Below, piece by piece: positions 19,312 through 27,250 of a stretch of 32,000 nt of DNA. The stretch comes from Trichodesmium erythraeum IMS101 (GTDB lineage: Bacteria; Cyanobacteriota; Cyanobacteriia; Cyanobacteriales; Microcoleaceae), in contig NC_008312.1 of the NCBI RefSeq assembly GCF_000014265.1, positions 3,900,001 through 3,932,000 on the forward strand, in the 5' to 3' direction. The notes beneath the pieces were generated by a model. That model was not told the DNA's origin. It ran no database searches and worked only from the letters and a program-made list of their open reading frames with translations. The translations under genes and the position numbers were made by a program. Within the stretch, counting starts at the first letter, position 1. The number at the start of each line of letters is the position of its first letter.

Positions 19312-20388
19312 TCATTTGCTAAATAAGTGGTTACCAAATAGTGGTTTTCCAATTCTGATAATTGGTTCTCTTGGCGCGAAATTGTTTTTCATCATTTCGA
19401 TGTGTTCAGGAAGTGTCAAGTTAGGTATCTTGATTTCTATAGGGTTTAAATTTTCTAATTGTGGAATAAGTTGGTTAATTTTTGGTAATGTTTCACCTCT
19501 AGTTTTTTCTTGAAGTTCGTTAATGCTTCCAAGTGTATCAGCTGTGATTTTTCTGTTATCAAAACCTACATCTACATTAGTGTTTTGATTTTCAACTTCT
19601 CCTACATTAATACCTGTACCAAAACTTCCTTGTTGTTCTATTTTGTCACCGTGTATGTCAGTGTTTCCCTCTATGTAAAAATGTGTGTTACTTGATATAT
19701 GATGATGTATAACGTTTGATTCTCCATTCATCATGGAGAGTCCTAATGACCAAAGAGAAAATTCAACACCAGACCCTATTATGTTTGCAGCAAAAGTCTG
19801 GGTACTATTTGGGGTTCCGTTTTGATACCCATTCTGGTTTCCATTTTGAGATAGATTACTATTTTCCCTATTGTTATCGTCTTCCTCGCTGTCTTCTAAA
19901 CTCGAATTCTTCTGAAGTTGCGGTTCATTCATTAAGGGGTTTTGGAAAGAACTTAAACTATATTGATTGGAATATTCCCAACTATACTCATTATTTCCTT
20001 GTCTACTATTGATAGAGTAAGAGGAAAAGTTCTCTGAATGGTTTTCCACTCCAGAATTTAGGTTTTGTGTTTCGGTTTCTGGTCTATTGCTAGTAGGAAC
20101 GGAGTAGGAAGCCTGATTTTCTGGATAATTAGGAGAGTTGTAGTCATGATCAAATGCTGTTGTTTCATAATTATTCCATTCATTGTCAAAGGAATACGGT
20201 GACTGATTTTCATAAATATTCTCCCTTGTGGGTATATCGTGCTCTAGGCGATGGGGATCTCCTGAGTTCGGGAAAGATAAATGATCATGTTGATATGACA
20301 AGTAGTCACATTCACTTGATATTATATCTGAATATTCATCAGATTCACCAGGCATAGAAGCTGGGTTCTGCGAATTAGGAATGTTCAT
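19312..20388 (-). CDS. hypothetical protein (358 aa) with an N/S/Q/Y/E-rich low-complexity N-terminal region and a C-terminal GEVENQNTN module
   Basis: Long ORF with only shadow ORFs on the opposite strand. The C-terminal IHGDKIEQQGSFGTGINVGEVENQNTNVDVGFDNRKI...INELQEKT...NP.E is paralogous to 18665-19102. Confidence 0.6.
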   Translation of the reverse strand: MNIPNSQNPASMPGESDEYSDIISSECDYLSYQHDHLSFPNSGDPHRLEHDIPTRENIYENQSPYSFDNEWNNYETTAFDHDYNSPNYPENQASYSVPTSNRPETETQNLNSGVENHSENFSSYSINSRQGNNEYSWEYSNQYSLSSFQNPLMNEPQLQKNSSLEDSEEDDNNRENSNLSQNGNQNGYQNGTPNSTQTFAANIIGSGVEFSLWSLGLSMMNGESNVIHHHISSNTHFYIEGNTDIHGDKIEQQGSFGTGINVGEVENQNTNVDVGFDNRKITADTLGSINELQEKTRGETLPKINQLIPQLENLNPIEIKIPNLTLPEHIEMMKNNFAPREPIIRIGKPLFGNHLFSK

Positions 20389-20670
20389 GGTGACAAAACT
20401 TCATTCCATATTAAGTATTATGGAAGGCCAAAATATCTCTGGACTTCCTTCTGGCCACTACATCAAGTTATATCCTTTGATATGTTTGCCTCAATTGTTT
20501 GTTTTAATTATAATCAAAGATATTATAGCATTATAAGTACTGAGTTAGTCAAAAAAAAATTATACTTGCTCAAAATTATTGTTGGCTTTTTACTAAGATA
20601 TTGGAGTCTTAAGGTTCAGATTTTTATGGCTTCCTCAGAGTAAACTTCTATAAATCAAAATGAGAGTTAG

Positions 20671-21306
20671 ATGAATCTTTTACTAGGATGTTTAGCTTAT
20701 CCTGTTGGCATTGCTGTAAGTAACGTCATAGGAAAATGTATTGACTACAAACTTGCACAGCCCCAAGCTCATGGTTTTCGAGAACAGGAACTAGAAGCAC
20801 AGCATCAGTTTCGTTTAAAAGAACTAAAACAACAATACGAGCAGAGTATAACTAAGTCTTTTGTAGATTCTGAGATTAGGATAAATGAACAAAAAATCAT
20901 TGAATATTTAAAGTCAAGTTATTCTATTTCAACAAAAAAAGCTTTGATAAATTTAGCGAGAGAAGATGCAAATAGTCCCTTTTTTGATGGGGTAGAGACG
21001 ACTTACAAATTTGTAAAGGGTTTGCATGAAAAGACTGGTTTACCAATCATTTTGGTGTCTCCTTTTTGGGATGATACTAGACCTAAAGATAAAAATGACC
21101 CAGGTGGCTATGTTGATTTTCGCACGGCTTTTAATAGTTCTTATAGTTGGCATAATTTAGCTTCTAAGCAAGATGGTTATTTTAAGAGGCCTTTATATCA
21201 AACAGATCGGGATATAAATTACGTTTATAGTGTGCTTTATGATGTTCCTATTATTTTAGTTCATGGAACAATTCAAGGGGTTCATTCACCTCAACAATTT
21301 GTGTAA
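20671..21306 (+). CDS. N-terminal TM/coiled-coil module, probably the 5' part of the following dynamin-like GTPase gene and separated from it only by one in-frame TAA
   Basis: It starts with a hydrophobic helix (LLLGCLAYPVGIAVSNVIG), followed by a coiled-coil-like segment (QELEAQHQFRLKELKQQYEQ) and then an alpha/beta-looking region. It is in the same frame (position mod 3 = 1) as 21439-22926, with no other stop in 21307-21438. Confidence 0.6.
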   Translation: MNLLLGCLAYPVGIAVSNVIGKCIDYKLAQPQAHGFREQELEAQHQFRLKELKQQYEQSITKSFVDSEIRINEQKIIEYLKSSYSISTKKALINLAREDANSPFFDGVETTYKFVKGLHEKTGLPIILVSPFWDDTRPKDKNDPGGYVDFRTAFNSSYSWHNLASKQDGYFKRPLYQTDRDINYVYSVLYDVPIILVHGTIQGVHSPQQFV

Positions 21307-21438
21307 AGAATTCACCCTCATATTACTTTTTGGAATTTATTACCGGATCAACAGGATAGTTATACAAGTCTAGATTTAAGGTTTTTCCCTTTTCAACTTC
21401 CCCTGGGAAATATTCAGAATCCTCATGCTTATCGGGAG

Positions 21439-22926
21439 ATGGGTGAATATAGTCTAAATTTGCAAGATACTGTCAGTAAGTATTTGGCTAAAGCTATTGG
21501 TTTGTTAAGTTCTTTTTATCATTTATATCGTTTTGAAACTCGTCCTAATCTACAACAATTTGAGTTAGAAAATGAACAGGAATTAGAGATTTTATTACTT
21601 CAGGTAAATAAGATTTATGATTTTCTATCCCAAAAGAATCCTAACAAAGTCAATTATTATAAACTTGAAAAATCTGTAATCTTTTTAGAGCTTGATATTG
21701 AGGAAATAAAACCTAAGAAAGAATTAGATACCAAACCAAACTCTAAGGTTAATTTGGAAGTAACTGAAATTTCTTGTTGGTTTGCTGAACGACTAGATAA
21801 AATAGCTAGAACAATTATTGAATTTGAACAGCAAGGTGATGTAATTAATTGTCAAGCTGTTGTCACTCTATTAGAAGAATCAATCGAAAAACTACTAAAT
21901 ATAGGTAATCAATTGAGAGTCTTGATGATTGGAGATCTTAATCGTGGTAAAAGTACGATTCTTAATGCTTTGCTTGGAGAAAGTTTGCTACCTATGGGAG
22001 TAACTGCTACTACTGCAATTCCTACTTTTGTTAAATATGGTGAACAGGAAAAAGTAGTAGTTTATAAGAAAAATGGTGAACAAGAATCATTAAGTTTGGA
22101 GGAATATAAAAAGAAATATACGCTCAATTCAAAAGAAGTCAAATCTCTAATAAAGAAGCTGTATAATAATGTAAAAAGAAAATGGCTTGAACCTCTAGAT
22201 TATGCTGAACTTTATTGTCCAATTGAAGTTTTATCAAGAGGGGTAGAATTTATTGATACAGGAGGATTTAATCTTACAGAAGCACAGAATCAAAAGACTT
22301 TTGATTACATTAAGGAGTGTGATGTTATTTTCTTTATTTTAAGTGCAGACCAACAACTTACTCAACAAGAGAGTAATTATATTAAAAGGCTATTAAGTAT
22401 GCAAAACGATATTAATCAAATAAAAATAAACCAAAATTTTACTCCAAAAATCACAAAACCTATATTTTATTTAATCAATAAATTGGAAAAGGTTGAAGAA
22501 GATGAAAAAAAAGAAGTCCATGACATTTTTGTTGATAAATTCTGTGAATGTTTAGATATAAGTGAAGATGAAGCAGAAAAAATGTGGGGAGATACAATAT
22601 TTGATGTGTATGCTAAAACAGCTTTAAAAAATTTAGAGCAAGGAGAATCTCTTGATGGTACTGGAATTATAGAATTTCAAAAACGGCTTGATAATTTTTT
22701 AAGTAATGAAAAATTAAAAACTAAATTACTACAAGCTGCTCAAATAGCAGAAATCGTTAAAGGTAAAATTGCTTCAAAAGTTAGTAATAGATTAGCTTTG
22801 TATAAATATACTGAGGTTGACCATGAGGTAAAAATTAAACATTTACAAGCCTTACAAGATAATATTTCTGCTCAAGTGGAAATAATTAAGGCTAAATATA
22901 ATCAAATAAGTAGCTGTGCAGAATAG
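21439..22926 (+). CDS. bacterial dynamin-like protein (large GTPase) 1; lacks the stalk/paddle insertion
   Basis: G1 GDLNRGKST, G2-region MGVTATTAIPT, G3 FIDTGG, G4-like LINKLE. It is paralogous along its length to the next ORF. The annotated ATG has GGGAG directly abutting it, so spacing is poor for an SD. Confidence 0.8.
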   Translation: MGEYSLNLQDTVSKYLAKAIGLLSSFYHLYRFETRPNLQQFELENEQELEILLLQVNKIYDFLSQKNPNKVNYYKLEKSVIFLELDIEEIKPKKELDTKPNSKVNLEVTEISCWFAERLDKIARTIIEFEQQGDVINCQAVVTLLEESIEKLLNIGNQLRVLMIGDLNRGKSTILNALLGESLLPMGVTATTAIPTFVKYGEQEKVVVYKKNGEQESLSLEEYKKKYTLNSKEVKSLIKKLYNNVKRKWLEPLDYAELYCPIEVLSRGVEFIDTGGFNLTEAQNQKTFDYIKECDVIFFILSADQQLTQQESNYIKRLLSMQNDINQIKINQNFTPKITKPIFYLINKLEKVEEDEKKEVHDIFVDKFCECLDISEDEAEKMWGDTIFDVYAKTALKNLEQGESLDGTGIIEFQKRLDNFLSNEKLKTKLLQAAQIAEIVKGKIASKVSNRLALYKYTEVDHEVKIKHLQALQDNISAQVEIIKAKYNQISSCAE

Positions 22927-23070
22927 ATCACATATACTTTAAAGCCAAAAAGCATATCTTCCCTGTAGTTTGGGAATAAATAATGGTAATTAATTTTGCC
23001 TAGGCACTTAGTAATATGACTTTCTAAACATGAAAGTCATACAAGTTAAATAACAATGAGGTAAACGACC

Positions 23071-25230
23071 ATGCAAAATCAAAATACTGGATTCAATTTA
23101 GAAGTAACAAAAATCCGCCATGGCTTTGCTGATAAACTTCAAGAAACGGAGAAAATAATTGGTGATTTTGAAAATCAAGCAATAGTTCAAGGAGCATCGG
23201 GACAGTTAGAATTATCTGCTGTTAGAAAGTCTTTACGTAATGAAATTGGCAAGCTAAAAAATGGTAAATTTCGCTTTTTAATCATTGGAGATTTTAATCG
23301 TGGTAAAAGTACTATTCTTAATGCATTTTTTGAAAAAAGTTTGCTACCTATGGGAGTAACTGCTACTACTGCAATTCCTACTTTTGTTAAATATGGTGAA
23401 CAGGAAAAAGTAGTAGTTCATAAGAAAAATGGTGAACAAGAATCATTAAGTTTGGAGGAATATAAAAAGAAATATACGCTCAATTCAAAAGGAGTCAAAT
23501 CTCTAATAAAGAATGTGTATAATAATGTAAAAGGAAAATGGCTTGAACCTCTAGATTATGCTGAACTTTATTGTCCAATTGAAGTTTTGTCAAGAGGAAT
23601 AGAGTTTATTGATACAGCAGGATTAAATCATACAGAAGAGGAAAATCAAAAAACATTTTCGTATATTGAGAAATGTGATGCAATTCTTTTTGTTTTAGCC
23701 GCAGATGAACAATTTACTCAGAAAGAAGAAGGTTACCTAAAAACGTTTTTGGGGTACAAGAAAGAGATTGAAGATATTGAAAACCAGCCACAATTAACAC
23801 AAAGTCAAAGCTCAGATCCAGAAAGCAGAAACACAAAGGAAGTCAGACCAATTTTTTACTTGATTAATAAATGGGAAAAAATTGAAGAAGATGAAAAAAA
23901 AGAAGTCCATGAAATTTTTGTTGATAAATTCTGTGAATGTTTAGATATAACTGAAGATGAAGCAGAAAAAACGTGGGGAGATACAATATTTGATGTGTAT
24001 GCTAAAACAGCTTTAGAAAATTTAGAGCAAGGAAAATCTCTTGATGGTACTGGAATTATAGAATTTAAAAAAAGACTTAGTGATTTTCTAACTAATGAGA
24101 GATTAATGACAGAATTAAAACAAGCTGTTAATAAAGCAGGAATTGCCAGCAGACAGGTAGTGTCGAAAGTTGAGGAAAGATTGTTTACACTTGAAGATGA
24201 TGTAAAAACATTGGAAGAAAAAATTGAGAAAACTAAGCCTTGTGTTAATCTTATTAACAAAATTGTTCAAAATGTAAAGGAGAAAATAAAAGACAAAAGA
24301 TATCTCTGTATTGCAAAAGTGGAAGGAGAATATAAAAGCTATTTTAATCAATTAGTTCTCAATTTTGAAAGAGATTTTGAAATGCCTGTAGTATCGGGTA
24401 TGGAAAATAATCAACGTGAAAAATATACCCAATCTTTAGAGAATAAATTAACAAAATATCGACAAAAAAAGCTGAAAAATTGGCATAAAATAAGTACGGG
24501 TATCGTGTATGAGATTATTAATGACTTAAACAATTCATTTAACAAAGAAATTAATGACTACAATAAACAAAGAGATGCTATCAGGGAAATTCTTAATAAA
24601 AAAAAGTTTAAAGTTAAAGACCAGACAAGTTTATCCATGGATCAAAGTAGTTCATCAGAAAAATCATCATTAACTCCGGCTGAGGCAAATGTAACAGGAA
24701 GAATGTTATTGGGAGGGACTGGTGGGACAGTAGGTACTGCAGCAGTAGGAGCTGGAGGAGTATCATTAGCCCATGTTTTCGGATCACATATAGCTTTAAC
24801 ACATATTGTTGGTTCTGCTGTGGCTTTAACTCCTTTAGGATGGGTTTTAATTGGTAGTAGTGCTGTTGTGGGAGGAATAGTAGCATGGTGGCAAAGAGAC
24901 GAAGAAGTTAAACAATTTCAGAAAAATATGCAGAACAGGGTCAAAGAAGCATTTAAAAAATTGCTTGAAGAAGATAAAGTCGAGGCTCTTAAACAGCAAG
25001 CCAGAGAGGTATTTAACCCTTATGAGGAGTCAGCTAAACAAATGAAAGACGATATTGAGTCTCTAGAAATATCCCTTGATAATTTGTTGGAAAAGAAAAG
25101 AACAACTTCAGTTAACATTGAAGAGGAGAAAGAACGTTTACAAACTTTCGTAGATAATATTAATGATAAATTGAAAACAATAGAAGCAAAATACAATGAG
25201 ATAGCTTTAGCCCAATCTAAAGACAGTTAA
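23071..25230 (+). CDS. bacterial dynamin-like protein 2 with a helical stalk and a Gly/Ala-rich hydrophobic membrane hairpin
   Basis: G1 GDFNRGKST, G3 FIDTAG, G4-like LINKWE. There is a long K/E-rich helical region and a ~65-residue hydrophobic segment (GRMLLGGTGGTVGTAAVGAGGVSLAHVFGSHIALTHIVGSAVALTPLGWVLIGSSAVVGGIVAWW, nt 24697-24892). GAGG lies 8 nt upstream of the ATG. Confidence 0.85.
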   Translation: MQNQNTGFNLEVTKIRHGFADKLQETEKIIGDFENQAIVQGASGQLELSAVRKSLRNEIGKLKNGKFRFLIIGDFNRGKSTILNAFFEKSLLPMGVTATTAIPTFVKYGEQEKVVVHKKNGEQESLSLEEYKKKYTLNSKGVKSLIKNVYNNVKGKWLEPLDYAELYCPIEVLSRGIEFIDTAGLNHTEEENQKTFSYIEKCDAILFVLAADEQFTQKEEGYLKTFLGYKKEIEDIENQPQLTQSQSSDPESRNTKEVRPIFYLINKWEKIEEDEKKEVHEIFVDKFCECLDITEDEAEKTWGDTIFDVYAKTALENLEQGKSLDGTGIIEFKKRLSDFLTNERLMTELKQAVNKAGIASRQVVSKVEERLFTLEDDVKTLEEKIEKTKPCVNLINKIVQNVKEKIKDKRYLCIAKVEGEYKSYFNQLVLNFERDFEMPVVSGMENNQREKYTQSLENKLTKYRQKKLKNWHKISTGIVYEIINDLNNSFNKEINDYNKQRDAIREILNKKKFKVKDQTSLSMDQSSSSEKSSLTPAEANVTGRMLLGGTGGTVGTAAVGAGGVSLAHVFGSHIALTHIVGSAVALTPLGWVLIGSSAVVGGIVAWWQRDEEVKQFQKNMQNRVKEAFKKLLEEDKVEALKQQAREVFNPYEESAKQMKDDIESLEISLDNLLEKKRTTSVNIEEEKERLQTFVDNINDKLKTIEAKYNEIALAQSKDS

Positions 25231-25342
25231 ACATTGTATGGTTAATTTTTTTTCTCAGGGTAGTTTACTAAGTTTTCTATTCTTTAGTAAGCTACGCTTT
25301 CTCGTAATTAACTGATGAAACTTGCAAATTATTTTGTTCAAA

Positions 25343-26998
25343 ATGAAATCTTCTATCACAATTTCAAAGTCTCTTCAAGCTGCCTGTCAATTTATTGATG
25401 CCCAAGAAAATCAGCAACTTATTAAAGATGTGGAATTAGCCTGCCAACAATTGGTTAATCCTAATTTTGGAATAGCGGTAGTTGCTCCTTTTAATTTTGG
25501 CAAATCTACTCTAATTAATGCTCTATTAGGTAAAGAAATTATGCCAACAAAAATGATCAGAACTACTGGAACATTAATTAGTGTCAAGTATGGAAAAACT
25601 TTAACAATTGTTATTACTTTCACTTCAGGTAAAGTAATAAGAAGTAACGATGGAAAAGTTCTCAAAAAGTTTACTGTTTTGAATCGTCAAGGTAAACCTA
25701 GAGAGGATGTAGTTTCTGTAGAAGTTTTTTATCCTCATAAATTGCTCAAAAATGGAGTAGAACTTTTTGATTTACCCGGAACAAATGATAGGGAAGAACA
25801 GGATATTTTGATTCGTAATCAGTTATTGCGGGTAGATTTAGTTATTCAAATACTAAATGCTAGACAACCTTTTACCCAGGGAGAAAAGGAAACACTTAAT
25901 AAATGGTTATTGAATAGAGGTATTAAAACAATTATTTTTGTTCTTAACCGGATGAATGAATTAGAAAGCAAAAATGATCAAGATGAAGTTTATAATGATG
26001 TTTATTCAACTATTAATACTTTTGAATCAGATTTACCTAAAGGGGTTAAAAAACTCTACCGTGTTGATGCACTTCCTGCTCTTAAGGCACAACAAGAAAG
26101 AAACATTTTGAAAATGATTACAAGTGGTATCATAAGTTTTGAATCAACTTTATTGACTATAATTTCTCTTCAAAAGGAAAGAATTAATCAGACTAGATTA
26201 TTTCGGGTAATTAGTATAGCTTCTCAGGTTAAGTCTGTTTTACAAAAAGAAGCGAATAATTTGCTCAAAGAAATTAGAGATGCTGAATATGTCAGAAATG
26301 TTGCTATTGAAAAAGGAAGGCAGCGAGAAGAATATCTCAGAGAAGAGTTTAAAAGAAGAGTAAGAGTTTATGGTAATTGGCTATCTTTAGATATGCTTTT
26401 AGGAAGTTATCAAGAAAAAGTAGCACTGGCTTTAGAAACAGGATCTTTTAATAACTGGCAAGATAGTCAATTTAAGTCAACTATTCTTAATTATACTGAA
26501 TCAATTGAAAAGTGGGCTAATCAATCTTGTGATGAGTTTCAGAAAGGTAGACCAAATAGGATTAAGATATCATTTCCCAGTTATCCTCATGTCTCTTTAC
26601 CTCAGCTTCAAGAGACTGATTTTGGTCAGTGGTTTGGTGATGTTTTTAATGGTGGAGAAAACCAAAGAAGATTGGATAAAGAATATGAAAGAAAAAAATG
26701 GCTTGCTTATAAAAGTGCTGCTTATAACTATTTACATAAATTTCGTACAGCTACTCTAGCTTTTCTCAATGAATATGAAAAAACTGTTGAATTATTAATA
26801 GTTTTTACTGTTCCACCAGAGTCATTTACGGTTATTCAAAAACGTTCTTGTTTAAAGGTTTTAAATAATTTACTAAATGCTATTTACAGTATAGAATCAT
26901 TGAAAATAACAACTAATATTCAGAGATTAAATTTGGGTAAAGATTTTATTTTTTTTATCCTTTTTTGTAAAAATTGTTTTTTGATGTTAATTGTTTAG
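25343..26998 (+). CDS. bacterial dynamin-like protein 3 (divergent paralogue, no membrane hairpin)
   Basis: G1 APFNFGKSTLINALLG, G3 LFDLPGTND, G4-like VLNRMNE, followed by a helical C-terminal half. I prefer the ATG at 25343 (MKSSITIS...) to the TTG at 25322 used in the ORF track. Confidence 0.8.
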   Translation: MKSSITISKSLQAACQFIDAQENQQLIKDVELACQQLVNPNFGIAVVAPFNFGKSTLINALLGKEIMPTKMIRTTGTLISVKYGKTLTIVITFTSGKVIRSNDGKVLKKFTVLNRQGKPREDVVSVEVFYPHKLLKNGVELFDLPGTNDREEQDILIRNQLLRVDLVIQILNARQPFTQGEKETLNKWLLNRGIKTIIFVLNRMNELESKNDQDEVYNDVYSTINTFESDLPKGVKKLYRVDALPALKAQQERNILKMITSGIISFESTLLTIISLQKERINQTRLFRVISIASQVKSVLQKEANNLLKEIRDAEYVRNVAIEKGRQREEYLREEFKRRVRVYGNWLSLDMLLGSYQEKVALALETGSFNNWQDSQFKSTILNYTESIEKWANQSCDEFQKGRPNRIKISFPSYPHVSLPQLQETDFGQWFGDVFNGGENQRRLDKEYERKKWLAYKSAAYNYLHKFRTATLAFLNEYEKTVELLIVFTVPPESFTVIQKRSCLKVLNNLLNAIYSIESLKITTNIQRLNLGKDFIFFILFCKNCFLMLIV

Positions 26999-27250
26999 GT
27001 GAATTTTTGACAGATGCTTTAGCACCTCTCAATGAATATGAAAAAAAATGTTGAATCATTAATATTTTTTATCGTTCTACTAGAGTTATTCACTGTTATC
27101 CCCCAAGGTTATTATTTAAGGTTTTGAAATAATTCACTAAATGCTATTCAAAGTATAGAATCCTTGAAAATAATAACTAATACTTATAGGTTAAATTGGT
27201 GAGAAAGTTTAATTTTTTTCTCTTTTTTTGTGAAAAGTATTTATTTATTG
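26756..27250 (+). repeat. tandem duplication (~263-bp period) of the 3' end of the third dynamin-like gene; the second copy is degenerate
   Basis: 26756-26985 (CTCAATGAATATGAAAAAACTGTTGAATTATTAATA...ACTAAATGCTATTTACAGTATAGAATCATTGAAAATAACAACTAATA...) recurs at 27019-27250 with many substitutions, indels and stop codons. Confidence 0.75.

Noticed and set aside
19289-20357. + strand ORFs 19289-19513, 19510-19695, 19716-20012 and 20154-20357
   Set aside because: They are short shadow ORFs opposite the 358-aa minus-strand gene. Their translations are Cys/Phe/Ile-rich, as expected for antisense AT-rich coding DNA.
25322-25342. TTG at 25322 as the start of dynamin-like gene 3
   Set aside because: An ATG seven codons downstream (25343) is a more conventional start. 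The difference is minor and unresolved without experimental data.
23856-26759. ORFs 23856-24260, 24115-24351, 24614-24886, 25411-25665 (minus strand) and 26505-26759 (+, out of frame)
   Set aside because: All are embedded in the dynamin-like CDSs, which have clear GTPase motifs. These are frame or antisense artefacts of K/E-rich AT-rich coding sequence.
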